A stretch of DNA of 64,000 nt. It comes from a virus. Positions 15,348 through 25,738 of the stretch are shown here, piece by piece. Position numbers and translations under genes: made by a program. The stretch is from IMG/VR virus record IMGVR_UViG_3300044213_000170, positions 81,401 through 145,400 of that record, one strand, 5' to 3'. How positions within the stretch are numbered: the stretch's first letter is position 1; every line of letters begins with the position of its first letter. Below the pieces are notes generated by a model. The model ran no database searches. It was not told the DNA's origin and saw only the letters and a list, made by a program, of their open reading frames with translations.

Positions 15348-17071
15348 TTTTGCACCTTTATACTCTGATATTCTTTATATACATTTTCACGCATTGCTAA
15401 CGGATTATCGCTAAATCTTGCAGCGCCGTGTTTATGCATAGTTTTCTCTTGCCCGGCAACTTCTCCGTTACCGCCTTTTAATTGAACATCTGTATTAAAT
15501 ACTTCTTCCTCGGGGGTATTTGCTAATTCCTCTTCATTTGGTTCATCAACAGTATCATTAGCTTCAATTACCGGGTACTCTTTTCCATCGACTTCAAATG
15601 AATCTTTGTGCTGTGCTTTAGCTTTAGCCAGTTTACCGCTGAATTCGTTGCCCTCTTCCATATCTTCTTCGTCGGCAACCTCAACTTCAACAGGTTGATA
15701 TACTTGTTGTGGCTGACTATTACCCAATCCTGCCAATTTCAATAACTGTGCTAACTTAACCGCTTCATCACCTTCTGCATTAACGCTAACATTTTGGTGG
15801 CCGTCATTGTCCATATTCATGCTAATACTAGTATGTCCTTCTTCGTGGCCGCCCTCACAACCACATTCCATCATACCACATTCTTGACATACCTCTGACT
15901 CTTCTTCATTGCCAGTTTCTTCTACCCCGGCTAGTTTTAACATTTCGTCTAGTTCGGTATCATGTTTTGGTTTTTTTCCGGTCTGAGGAAGATTCAATTT
16001 CTTTTGCATTTGTTTGATCATCTCTTCGTCGCTGGGATGACCTAACGTATCTAATACTTTCTTACCTGTTTTTTTTGCTAGGTCGGCAACTGTACCTGCA
16101 ATACCTTCGTCGGCTAAACTACGCTCATATTGATCCGTATAGTTTTCAAATGCACTTTTCTTAGGACGACCACGGCCGCGCTTAACTACCGTTACGTTTT
16201 CGCTGTCATCAGTTTCACCTGTCTTAGGATCATACTTACGTGTATAAATCGTGCCACCGGTTGTTGGGTCTGCTTTCTTATCAAACTTTCCAGTGCCTGC
16301 ATTTGTACGGGATTTGACTGATTTCATCATGTCTTCCCAACCTTCAGAAATTTGTTCTGTAGTCATACCGCTATCGACTAAAGTTTTAACAGCAGCAATG
16401 GCTTCTTCTACTTTACCTGCATTGTGTGCCTTCCAAGCGGTGGCATAAGCAATAGATTTTTCTTTTGGTGTTAGTTTACCGTCTTTAGCATATGACTTCT
16501 TAATATGTTTAACCATGCGCTCTGCTTTTGCTCCTGGTGGTGCAACTTCTGCCATCTCACCTTCTACCTTTGGCAAATTCTTTAACATAAATGATTTAGC
16601 TTGACGCTGTTTTACGTTTTTCATTTGACGCATAAATTCTTGTTCAGGCTCATCACGATTATCTAGATCATCAAAATCATAATCAGCAGCACGATTCATA
16701 GCATCATAGGCTTTATTAATAGAACGATTTGCTAGACGATCATAGTTTTTAGCACGGATCTTGTCAACAATACCTTCTTCGACGCCTTGCTCTTCGCCTA
16801 GTTTTTTGCCTGCGGCGGCGGCGTGCTGGAATTTTTCTTTGCCGTATTTTTTACGTCCAATACTTGCTGCAACTGCTTCGGGATCTTTTGCCCCGCCTGC
16901 TTTAGCTGCGGCAGCGACTTTCTTAAAGCCCATATATTTTTCATTTAACTGACCCTCCACGGTTTCCATATTTTCCGCCAATTTAGATTTGGCTTTTGGT
17001 GTTTCTGTTTTAGGCTGTGCGGCTTGTTCGACTGCGTGTAGCTTATTCAAAATATCATACATATTATTCAT
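15344..17071 (-). CDS. Putative processed internal head/core protein with an AT-hook
   Basis: Modular K/E-rich protein; many (V/L/M)xE sites; KRGRGRPKK. Confidence 0.6.
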   Translation of the reverse strand: MNNMYDILNKLHAVEQAAQPKTETPKAKSKLAENMETVEGQLNEKYMGFKKVAAAAKAGGAKDPEAVAASIGRKKYGKEKFQHAAAAGKKLGEEQGVEEGIVDKIRAKNYDRLANRSINKAYDAMNRAADYDFDDLDNRDEPEQEFMRQMKNVKQRQAKSFMLKNLPKVEGEMAEVAPPGAKAERMVKHIKKSYAKDGKLTPKEKSIAYATAWKAHNAGKVEEAIAAVKTLVDSGMTTEQISEGWEDMMKSVKSRTNAGTGKFDKKADPTTGGTIYTRKYDPKTGETDDSENVTVVKRGRGRPKKSAFENYTDQYERSLADEGIAGTVADLAKKTGKKVLDTLGHPSDEEMIKQMQKKLNLPQTGKKPKHDTELDEMLKLAGVEETGNEEESEVCQECGMMECGCEGGHEEGHTSISMNMDNDGHQNVSVNAEGDEAVKLAQLLKLAGLGNSQPQQVYQPVEVEVADEEDMEEGNEFSGKLAKAKAQHKDSFEVDGKEYPVIEANDTVDEPNEEELANTPEEEVFNTDVQLKGGNGEVAGQEKTMHKHGAARFSDNPLAMRENVYKEYQSIKVQK

Positions 17072-17084
17072 GATTTAAATCCTA

Positions 17085-17675
17085 TTATTTGACCGGTGAA
17101 GGTATCTTGTTTTGTTTACTACCAACAGGGCTTAATTTTCCTTGTGGCATATCTGATGTTGTTTTTGCAGCCTGTGTTTTACCGCCTGCTGCTGTTGGCA
17201 TATGGTATGCACGAGCATTCATTAATTCTTTCATTAAGTTTTCTACTCGTTCCTCGCCCACTAATCCTTTGGAATCTTCTGCTTTTAATTCTGGTGTGTC
17301 TAATACAACATCACCATCCGGATTGCTAACTTCTTTGCCATCCATGATGGCTTCGATTGGGTGATCTGCAGGAGTGACGCGAATAGCAGATGGAGCGCAA
17401 CAGCCACATTCTGCAATTGCATTACGAATTTGATCATCGTTTGCTGGATAACAAACAGTAATGTCGAACATATTAATTTCGACTGGCCCCATATTCGGAA
17501 ACATTGGGCTTTCTTGAATTGGTAAACGTTTTGTATCAGTGATGGTTTCTACTTTATACACTCCCAATGATTGTTTAATCTTGGATTTCATTTCGTTAGT
17601 CATTTCACAGGCCAAACGAACTTTAAAAGTATAAGTTTTTTTGCTTTCCATCAAGTAAGATTTAAAAGACTTCAT
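17085..17675 (-). CDS. Putative head-associated protein
   Basis: MKSFKSYLMES leader; ATAAATA upstream. Confidence 0.65.
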   Translation of the reverse strand: MKSFKSYLMESKKTYTFKVRLACEMTNEMKSKIKQSLGVYKVETITDTKRLPIQESPMFPNMGPVEINMFDITVCYPANDDQIRNAIAECGCCAPSAIRVTPADHPIEAIMDGKEVSNPDGDVVLDTPELKAEDSKGLVGEERVENLMKELMNARAYHMPTAAGGKTQAAKTTSDMPQGKLSPVGSKQNKIPSPVK

Positions 17676-17711
17676 AGTGATTCCTATTATAAGATATTTA
17701 TTCGAATTTGA

Positions 17712-18203
17712 TTATTTTTTCTGTTGTTTCAGAATTTCCGTCAACAGAGTATTACGATCTATTACAGTTCCCTCGCCTTCAATGGGGTTTGGAAGTGCAG
17801 TGCCTGATTGTTTTGCCTGCTGATCTAATCGCATCTTTTTCAACTGTAAATCGACCATTTTTAGCTTTTTATCTAGTTTAGCTTGTTTAGCAGTGATAGC
17901 GTGACCTAATAACGTACCAGCAGTTTGAAATACCACTCCGCTAAATCGAGCCTCCATGGCCATACCCAAATCCATTAAATCATTGAATTTATCTTTGGCT
18001 AATTGTGCTAGCTCGTCCATTTCAGCATCGCTGGATTCCAATCCCCTTACACCCGGCAATGCTTGATCAATCTTGTCTATAGTATCGTCGATGTCTTTAA
18101 AAACTTCTTGTTGTTCTGCCAATTGAACACTGGCTTGCTCGGGGGTTAGATCATCCGGCAGATTTTCAGGTAAATTAAATAGTTCGGTAAGTTTTTTAGT
18201 CAT
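17712..18203 (-). CDS. Hypothetical helical protein (small terminase candidate)
   Basis: 163 aa helical/coiled-coil protein; late promoter; in the packaging/head block. Confidence 0.55.
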   Translation of the reverse strand: MTKKLTELFNLPENLPDDLTPEQASVQLAEQQEVFKDIDDTIDKIDQALPGVRGLESSDAEMDELAQLAKDKFNDLMDLGMAMEARFSGVVFQTAGTLLGHAITAKQAKLDKKLKMVDLQLKKMRLDQQAKQSGTALPNPIEGEGTVIDRNTLLTEILKQQKK

Positions 18204-18217
18204 ACCAATATTTATAG

Positions 18218-18646
18218 TTATTTAGTGCCAGCAAATATTTGATTTTCGTTAATAACTCTAAACTTAAGTCCATTTTGTTGACAAAACGTAGCCGCTGCTT
18301 GCCATTTACAGTGGTTTAATACTACCGCAGCTTTGTCCCTTGCACTTTTGGCAGCTTCCATTGTGGTTTCCTTGCTGGGCTTAATTTCTACGATTTCACC
18401 GTGTGTCACGCCATCCTTATCTTGATATATTACCAAAAAATCCGGCACATAAATTGTCTTTTTTTTGGTAAAAGGATTTATATAGCTGATATGTATGGCT
18501 TCGCTGGCCCATTGTAATATACTAGGATTATCGTCCAGAAATCTCATCATAGTCAATTCCCAAGAACTTCTGTAATGAGGCTTTTTCTTCCCTATGTATT
18601 TTTCTGGTTTTTTTGGCTCGTAAAATCCGTTTGCAAACTTGGCCAT
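18218..18646 (-). CDS. Head completion nuclease (T4 gp4-like, TnsA-like fold)
   Basis: KYIG...YRSSWE...WASE...YVPDF...EIKP...KWQAA. Confidence 0.9.
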   Translation of the reverse strand: MAKFANGFYEPKKPEKYIGKKKPHYRSSWELTMMRFLDDNPSILQWASEAIHISYINPFTKKKTIYVPDFLVIYQDKDGVTHGEIVEIKPSKETTMEAAKSARDKAAVVLNHCKWQAAATFCQQNGLKFRVINENQIFAGTK

Positions 18647-18650
18647 ACAA

Positions 18651-19028
18651 TTACCATATTACAGTTCTTGCTACGTGTCTGTTGGGCAGATGAGTATTTA
18701 CTATGCCTAATAAACTAGTGGTTACCCTAGAACTATTCAAGTATAATGCCAATGTGCTGTTTAGCATATTTGCAGGCAACAACTTGAACTGTTCTAGTAC
18801 CTTAAGCGGATCTTCTCTGTTTTTTTGAGCAGTATTAATTACTGTTTGTGCTAATAATTGTGCACTTTCCTTATTACCAGTAACTTGTTCAAACCAGCTT
18901 AAAATAGCATCATCGGTGTTAGACGATACTGTGTATGCCGGAGTATAATAATTTGAAAAAAACTCAGTAGTAGAGTTTTGTGCATTAGTATTTAAATTAC
19001 TAGGTTGTGCTGGGTTATATGTTGTCAT
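18651..19028 (-). CDS. Hypothetical structural protein
   Basis: Start refined to MTTYN. Confidence 0.7.
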   Translation of the reverse strand: MTTYNPAQPSNLNTNAQNSTTEFFSNYYTPAYTVSSNTDDAILSWFEQVTGNKESAQLLAQTVINTAQKNREDPLKVLEQFKLLPANMLNSTLALYLNSSRVTTSLLGIVNTHLPNRHVARTVIW

Positions 19029-19033
19029 AAAAT

Positions 19034-21310
19034 TTAAGCCGAGTAATCCCCGGACCAATCTGAAGCTGTAGTTGTGGCATCAGCTCCGCCACCTGCTACA
19101 ACTGTATCATTATTTACTGCATTTGGAATTGCAGAATCCTGATTATTGCTGACTACTGCGGTGTCGGGATTGATTCCCGAATTACTGAACACGGTGCTGG
19201 TCCAATTGGTTGCTGTAGGTGCTTGCACTTGAGTAAAATTTCCCGATGCATCTTTGAAATATTGAGAACCGTCTTGATATGTTATTGTGCCAGATCCGTC
19301 ATTTTCGTAAACAGAACTCACAACGTTCTGATTGGGATTGTTTGCATTAAATCCGCCGGTGCCGAACGTAGATCCAACGAAATTGCTGATACTGCCAGTT
19401 ACACTATTAAATCCTTGGCTTATGCTATTCGCAAAACCATTAGCAATAGGTTGTAAAGTATTATTAATTAATTTACCAGTAACTAATCCTGCAGCACCGC
19501 TTATACCTGCTGCCACAGTTTTACCGATTGCACTTTGACCTAAAAATCCGCCAGTCAATCCTTGATATAAAGATTGTCCTGCCAATGCTCCGCCTACTAA
19601 ACCTGCTGTTCCTGTTAAACTGTTGACTATCTGTGCAGATGTGCCGCCTACTGTTGTAGTAATACCAGTAGTGGGATTTGTGTAGTAGCTTACTCCTCCA
19701 GCGAATGTTTGGCCAGTTGACGAAATCAAAGCACCTGTATTTTGCGGCACTGCTGGGTTTTGCAGTACATTTGGATTATATGATGATCCAGGGATCAACC
19801 CAACCTGATTACCATTTGCATCTTTTGTTACTACTGTTCCATCATTGTATGTTTGCTGCGATACAACATTTCCTTGAGGGTCCGTAATTGTTTGTGTGCT
19901 TTTTAAATTATCTGTCGGGCTATTGGGATTATATGTACCGTTAGCTGTAGTAAAGACCGATGTAGTGCTAATTTGTTTTCCGGTAGGATCAAGTACTGCT
20001 ACAGTCTGTTGATTTGTAATTGGTTGTCCTGCACTATTAACATAAACATATGAACCGCCGGACCCTTGGACCGTGTATACCGGTGCCTGCCCCTGAGACT
20101 GGAAAACACCAGTAACTACTCCTTGTACCCATTGATTTGATACCTGTTGCCCTGTTTGTAACAACCCGCCAGCTGCTGCGCCTGCTATTCCACTTATTAC
20201 ATTTGTTGGGGATGGTAACATACCGAAGTTTGTGGTCGGTACACTAACAGAATTGCTGAATGCACTATTGATTGCTTGACTAACTGCACTAATTCCGATA
20301 CTACCCAATGTTTGTGCTGCTAAATTTTGAAAATTTGTGCCTTGTAAATTCTTTATTAAATTCGCAATATTATTTGCGGTCGATAATAAATTAGATCCGC
20401 TTGAGCCGTCAGGTCTTGCCAAGTCCTTAGTACCACTATTTAATGCACCGAGTAAACCGTTGTCATTATAAATGTTAGTTACGCTGGTGCTAATTGGACT
20501 TTGTACATCATCATAATGTATAGTAGCAAAGCCCTCGACATCCAATGGATTTATATAACCTGTTTTGTACTTGACTGTTTCAAACGTAATAGTCATGGTA
20601 TTCTCTAATAGACCAGTACCGTCGACATTACTATGCTCGCCGTGACGCCAATCTGTTATGATAGGATTTATTAATTCGTATTCAGTAAATCTTTTATTAT
20701 GTAAACTAAAAAGTTGTATACTTTTAAAAAACGGTATATTACTACCATTTCTAGTAGTGTACCCCCATTTCGAAGTAGGTCTTCCAGCATAAATTCCTGT
20801 CTGCTGTTTAAAACCCGAATAAGGATTTGTCAGTGTAGCAGTTGAAGAAAATAAACTATTATCTGTAGAATAATCGCTATCTCGGTAATAATATGTATAG
20901 TAATCGTTCCACAGGCCTGTAACGGTATCGGCGGCATCATCATGAAAAGTTATACTAACTGGATCGTATGATATGTGTGTTTGTATAACATTTTTCCTGT
21001 TATAAGAATTCAAAGTTTTTGTGTCGATTTTAAATTTTGGTAATTCAACTCTTTTAGCTAGCATGCCTGCTTCTAACTGTTGTAAGCTAGTTTGACTAGA
21101 TACTGTTGATCCTGATATTGTGTTAGATAATGTAGATAAAAACCCCGCCGGTAAATCGGAATTTATTTGCAGTCTGACGTAATATAAAAATGCCTGTTTA
21201 GGCGATAACTTGTAATTATCAGCTAAAAAAAGTTTTGTAGCGTGTTGATAATCGTGTGTCCACTGACCTTGTGTAAGTGGTTTTAAATCGGCATTATACA
21301 GAGTAGACAT
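19034..21310 (-). CDS. Tail-tube-fold baseplate/tube initiator-like protein with a long Gly/Ser/Thr-rich extension
   Basis: KRVELPK...YDPVSITFHDD...YELINPII...MTITFE; adjacent to the tail tube gene. Confidence 0.65.
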   Translation of the reverse strand: MSTLYNADLKPLTQGQWTHDYQHATKLFLADNYKLSPKQAFLYYVRLQINSDLPAGFLSTLSNTISGSTVSSQTSLQQLEAGMLAKRVELPKFKIDTKTLNSYNRKNVIQTHISYDPVSITFHDDAADTVTGLWNDYYTYYYRDSDYSTDNSLFSSTATLTNPYSGFKQQTGIYAGRPTSKWGYTTRNGSNIPFFKSIQLFSLHNKRFTEYELINPIITDWRHGEHSNVDGTGLLENTMTITFETVKYKTGYINPLDVEGFATIHYDDVQSPISTSVTNIYNDNGLLGALNSGTKDLARPDGSSGSNLLSTANNIANLIKNLQGTNFQNLAAQTLGSIGISAVSQAINSAFSNSVSVPTTNFGMLPSPTNVISGIAGAAAGGLLQTGQQVSNQWVQGVVTGVFQSQGQAPVYTVQGSGGSYVYVNSAGQPITNQQTVAVLDPTGKQISTTSVFTTANGTYNPNSPTDNLKSTQTITDPQGNVVSQQTYNDGTVVTKDANGNQVGLIPGSSYNPNVLQNPAVPQNTGALISSTGQTFAGGVSYYTNPTTGITTTVGGTSAQIVNSLTGTAGLVGGALAGQSLYQGLTGGFLGQSAIGKTVAAGISGAAGLVTGKLINNTLQPIANGFANSISQGFNSVTGSISNFVGSTFGTGGFNANNPNQNVVSSVYENDGSGTITYQDGSQYFKDASGNFTQVQAPTATNWTSTVFSNSGINPDTAVVSNNQDSAIPNAVNNDTVVAGGGADATTTASDWSGDYSA

Positions 21311-21328
21311 ACAAATATTTATCTCAAT

Positions 21329-21353
21329 AAAAAACCCACTCGAAAGTGGGTTT
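21329..21353 (-). terminator. Intrinsic terminator after the tail tube gene
   Basis: AAACCCACT-TTCG-AGTGGGTTTTTT. Confidence 0.85.
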
Positions 21354-21370
21354 AAGTAGTTAATGCCAAT

Positions 21371-21985
21371 TTAACCAGTAATGGTTGTACCGTTTCCACG
21401 TGGAACACTAGTACCAACACCGCCACCAGTTGTTTGCATAGCGTTATCCATGCGAATCGACATAGTAATAGTCATTGGCTCATTATTAGCATAACTTGCT
21501 TCGTTGTAGTTAACATCAGTTAAGAAACAACCATATAATTCCCAAGCCTCTAATATTACTGGTTCGTATGCACCGTTCGATCCGTCTAGCATTTCAATTC
21601 GTGCAGTGAATTTATAGTCGATACCAGAACTTGCACTAGCTTGTTCCATAAAATCAAACTGCTTTTGTAATTGTTCGCCAACCAAACGACTTACATTGCC
21701 GCCTGCGTCATCACGTAATACCACTTGTGCAGCTTGCCATACTGGACGACCTGCCAAGTATACGTGGCTGTTATATACTGGAATATCAATCGCTTCCATT
21801 TGAACTTGTGGGCGTGCAAAACTTACAATTTGTTTAGTAAGTTCTGTAGTAGGTGTAGTAACACCAAACTTATCAAAACTTCCTCTAAAACGAAACTGCA
21901 ATTTTGGCATCAACAAGCCCTGGGCCGAAGCACTTTGGTTTCCGCTCAACGGTACTGTAAATTTTGTTAATGATGAAACTGCCAT
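21371..21985 (-). CDS. Tail tube protein (T4 gp19-like)
   Basis: PKLQFRFR; YLAGRPVW; WELYGCF; follows the sheath gene. Confidence 0.88.
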   Translation of the reverse strand: MAVSSLTKFTVPLSGNQSASAQGLLMPKLQFRFRGSFDKFGVTTPTTELTKQIVSFARPQVQMEAIDIPVYNSHVYLAGRPVWQAAQVVLRDDAGGNVSRLVGEQLQKQFDFMEQASASSGIDYKFTARIEMLDGSNGAYEPVILEAWELYGCFLTDVNYNEASYANNEPMTITMSIRMDNAMQTTGGGVGTSVPRGNGTTITG

Positions 21986-21989
21986 TTTA

Positions 21990-24900
21990 TTATGCTCCTG
22001 TTCCTACTGTTGTTGCAGGTGCTATGTTGCTACTTTGTAACTGACCTGCGGCTACTAACCTAATAGGAATGTAAATAAACTCAACATCCTTGGTCGGTTG
22101 TACTGCAATATCTACCCATAATTCGTTACGATCGATACGAGTTGGCGTATTATTGCTGCTATCGCAAACTACTAAGTAATCTGCTACACCTCGTTTAGCA
22201 ACTAAATCATTCATTATGCCGCTAACTACAGCAGTAACGTTCTTTTGTGTAATCGAATCATTTGGTTCAAATAAGAACGGACGACTCACAATGTTTAATT
22301 GTTTTCTAATATAATTTACTAATCGTGCTACGTTAATGCGATCCAAACTACTTGGGTTACCTGCTAATGTCTTTTGACCGTATATTACTAAACCTGCACC
22401 TGGCAAGTTAGTTAACGGATTGATTTTATTAGCATACATAACATCGCGTAGTCCCTGGGTAATACCTGCAGAAATAAAAGCGCCTGATGCTCCGTCTACG
22501 TAACCGATAGCAGATATGTTATCTACTATACCTCTACGTGTACCTGCCGGTGCTATCCAAGGATAACTTGCATTGTCGCTATTTAAAATTGCTTTTAATA
22601 CTGCATGACTTGGAGGTACTACAATAATATTTCCAGATAGGTCAGTAGTTTGCCCCGATGGATAATATACCCCAACGTATGGGTCAGTAACTGATAATGC
22701 TGTTTCACCTGTTGCATTACTACCAGCGGCATTTGATGCCCAATTTTGAATTGCTGTTTCTGATGCAGGCAATCTGAATGGAGTATCACCGATGACAAAT
22801 GCTGTATTGCCTTTATCGTTGTTTAACGTTGCCATATAAGGCATCAATTCTGGATAACCAGGACATGCTATTAAATTAAATTGCGTTGCATCTTCTCTCA
22901 ATGAAGTGCTGCTATCAATTGCTGCTGTTAATGCTGCAATTACAACACCGCGCTGGGCTTTACGACCAAAATTTGGGATTGATTCAGGCTGATATCCAAC
23001 AACAGATACCCAAGTACTTTCTACGGCAGGTATCACTTGATTTGGATATGCCGACGCTGTAAAGTACATAGACTTAAATTGTTTTACATTAAACCCGCTA
23101 GCTCTTGTATTAAACAATAACATTCCGCGTGGATGTAATGTTGGATCTGGCGCATCTAAATCTACATAACTGCTTACAGCTAATTCTGCCATACTAGGCA
23201 TATCATCTAATGCAGGATCTACGTTGCCGCTAGTTGCCCATCGAGCATCAGCAAAGATAATGCCATTTTGACTTACGCTATCAGTATTGCTAATTGCTAC
23301 CCATTTGTCAATTCCAGATACACGTTCCCATCTATTAATCTTTGGGAAATTTTCTACATCGCTGGTATCTAGCCATAGATCACCATAAACCAACGCATTC
23401 CCGTTATCTTGGGATGCAGGGCTACTAGATCTTACTATAATGCCGTTGGCATTTGTATTTGATAAATTATATCCACGAACATCTGCGGTAACAGTTCTAT
23501 ATCCTGCCCAAGCAGAGCCAGTGTTGATCATAATATCAACACGAGAAGGAGAATTGAAATACCAATTGGTATTGTCAACTGGCTGAGATACAGGCGCCGT
23601 AGGCGATGCATAATAGCCTGTCGAACACAGAGGTGCCCAGTTAGATATCAAATATGACATATCATTTGTGGCACTAAGATATGTATTAGTCGATGTAGCA
23701 TTAATACCAACGTTAGCTAAAGGTGTTCCGGTTATATCCTGTACACCAATATCACCCCCAGTTACATGTGTTATAGTAACTGCACCCGATACCGTAATAG
23801 CAGCACTTACATTAGGCATATCTGCTGCAACAATTGCCCTTACTAATCCAGACGGACTAGCTGTAGTTACTGTTATTCTCTTAGATAGAAAATTTCCAGA
23901 ACCAGTCGAATAATATACATCAAATTGGTCATTAACGCTTGGATTAAGAACCACAGGAGTAGTTGCGGTTGCAACTGTTGGGCCAGCATTTTTTCTATAG
24001 AAAAACTGACTTCCTACAGTTGGATACAGATTTAACTCAACTTGAACATCCGCAAACATTGTGCCCACTGGAATGTTTAATCCACCACCAGTGGGATCAA
24101 AAATATGAGTAGCAGTCGATGCATTAGATGTGAAAACTGTTAGTTCTACTGGCACCCAACTATTAGTTGGTGCATTAAACTGCTTTACTACTGGTGCATA
24201 TCCGTTGCCGATTATGCTGGTCTTATGCCACACACTGCCCGTAGGACGGCCTTGGCCTAGTGTGATATCAGTTGTTTCAAAATGCGGTACCTTATAGTAC
24301 GGACCAACACTTAGAGCAGCACCATAATAAATGCCAGGTTTAATTCCTAAATCTCTCAATGCGAAACCCACATGATCGACAATATTTAATTTGCCATCAA
24401 CATGAGTACCGTCACTGGTTGCAGTATGGATTGCTGTAATAATCAATTGGGTGGTGCTACTAACCCTAGCAGAAACACCGGTGATCGATGCTGCATTAAT
24501 ATATCCTGCAACTGTTGCTAAACTATCGCCTATATTTAAACCAATAGTTTGGCCGTTTACAGAAATAGTTGCACTTGCAGTGATTACGCCGTCGGTACTA
24601 GTAACTGTTCCTGTAACTGTAGGAACACCTTGTTCCCAACCAATATTGCCTACTAGTTGCCACGTATTATCATAACGTTTGCAGAAAATATGATTGTGAC
24701 CAGTAGTTACTACTGCAACATAAGATCCGATCGTACCAAAAGATGTATCTGGACCTAAATCATCATCTGCGGCATCACCTGTAAATACTCTTTGCTTATC
24801 ATAATCAACAAATACCGTTTGTTGTTCAAACATCTGAGTAGATGCATTCCACTCAAATATACCGAAATTTGTATCAGCTGTATCAAACCAATATGTGCCG

Positions 24901-25295
24901 TCAACAGGACCGTTTACTGGACGGATAGATGTACCAGTAAGTTCTGCTAAATCGACATCTGCACGTTGAACATAGATGTTATTACTTACACCTAGCGCAC
25001 TGTAAGCCGCCAATAAACCATATTCGTTTTGTTCGCCGGCATTGATCGACGATCCTGTCGATGATGTATTAAATATTGGATTGCCGAACGTGTTAACTAA
25101 GTCACGTTGGCTTGCAATATTATAAACTGTGCCTGCATTTTCTTTTAATGTGCCGCTAGCATAAGCTGTGCCGCCTGGCGCAACTTTATTTTCTGCTGTG
25201 GCTAATAATACGTATGCTGTACTTCCGTTAGTAGATGGAGCATAATTGCTCTGATCTGTTACACTAACTTGTACGCCTGGAGAAACTAATGCCAT
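21990..25295 (-). CDS. Tail sheath protein (T4 gp18-like, enlarged)
   Basis: MALVSPGV; WIAPAGTRRG; YGQKT; DRINVARL; FEPND; EFIYIP. Confidence 0.95.
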   Translation of the reverse strand: MALVSPGVQVSVTDQSNYAPSTNGSTAYVLLATAENKVAPGGTAYASGTLKENAGTVYNIASQRDLVNTFGNPIFNTSSTGSSINAGEQNEYGLLAAYSALGVSNNIYVQRADVDLAELTGTSIRPVNGPVDGTYWFDTADTNFGIFEWNASTQMFEQQTVFVDYDKQRVFTGDAADDDLGPDTSFGTIGSYVAVVTTGHNHIFCKRYDNTWQLVGNIGWEQGVPTVTGTVTSTDGVITASATISVNGQTIGLNIGDSLATVAGYINAASITGVSARVSSTTQLIITAIHTATSDGTHVDGKLNIVDHVGFALRDLGIKPGIYYGAALSVGPYYKVPHFETTDITLGQGRPTGSVWHKTSIIGNGYAPVVKQFNAPTNSWVPVELTVFTSNASTATHIFDPTGGGLNIPVGTMFADVQVELNLYPTVGSQFFYRKNAGPTVATATTPVVLNPSVNDQFDVYYSTGSGNFLSKRITVTTASPSGLVRAIVAADMPNVSAAITVSGAVTITHVTGGDIGVQDITGTPLANVGINATSTNTYLSATNDMSYLISNWAPLCSTGYYASPTAPVSQPVDNTNWYFNSPSRVDIMINTGSAWAGYRTVTADVRGYNLSNTNANGIIVRSSSPASQDNGNALVYGDLWLDTSDVENFPKINRWERVSGIDKWVAISNTDSVSQNGIIFADARWATSGNVDPALDDMPSMAELAVSSYVDLDAPDPTLHPRGMLLFNTRASGFNVKQFKSMYFTASAYPNQVIPAVESTWVSVVGYQPESIPNFGRKAQRGVVIAALTAAIDSSTSLREDATQFNLIACPGYPELMPYMATLNNDKGNTAFVIGDTPFRLPASETAIQNWASNAAGSNATGETALSVTDPYVGVYYPSGQTTDLSGNIIVVPPSHAVLKAILNSDNASYPWIAPAGTRRGIVDNISAIGYVDGASGAFISAGITQGLRDVMYANKINPLTNLPGAGLVIYGQKTLAGNPSSLDRINVARLVNYIRKQLNIVSRPFLFEPNDSITQKNVTAVVSGIMNDLVAKRGVADYLVVCDSSNNTPTRIDRNELWVDIAVQPTKDVEFIYIPIRLVAAGQLQSSNIAPATTVGTGA

Positions 25296-25390
25296 GTTTC
25301 ATATCCTCATAAACTATAAAGATATTTATTAAATATCTAAAAAAATACAAGGTTGTGTTGCCCTTTGCAAAGGTTTGGGTAAATATAGCT

Positions 25391-25738
25391 ATGAAAAGAC
25401 CACTTTGTTTAGTCTGTAATCAAAATTTGGCTGCTGTAAACTATATAAAGAATAGTCAATATCACTACAGAAAAATGTGTGATAGTTGTATTCGAAAAGG
25501 TAAAAAGATAAAGGCCGTTCCGGCTTGGTTTAGAGCCGGATATCGAAAAAAGCAAATCTGCGAATGGTGTGGATACAAAGCAAAATACTTAGATAAACAA
25601 ATGACAGTTTATCATGTTGATGGGAATCTAAAAAATGTTTCGTCTCAAAATCTTAAGACAGTATGCCTTAATTGTCGTATAGAACTTGCACATAGCCATC
25701 TGCCATGGAAAGAAAGTCCTATTATACCAGACTTTTGA
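25391..25738 (+). CDS. HNH/zinc-finger protein
   Basis: Several CxxC motifs; VYHVDGNLKN...NLKTVCLNC. Confidence 0.75.
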   Translation: MKRPLCLVCNQNLAAVNYIKNSQYHYRKMCDSCIRKGKKIKAVPAWFRAGYRKKQICEWCGYKAKYLDKQMTVYHVDGNLKNVSSQNLKTVCLNCRIELAHSHLPWKESPIIPDF

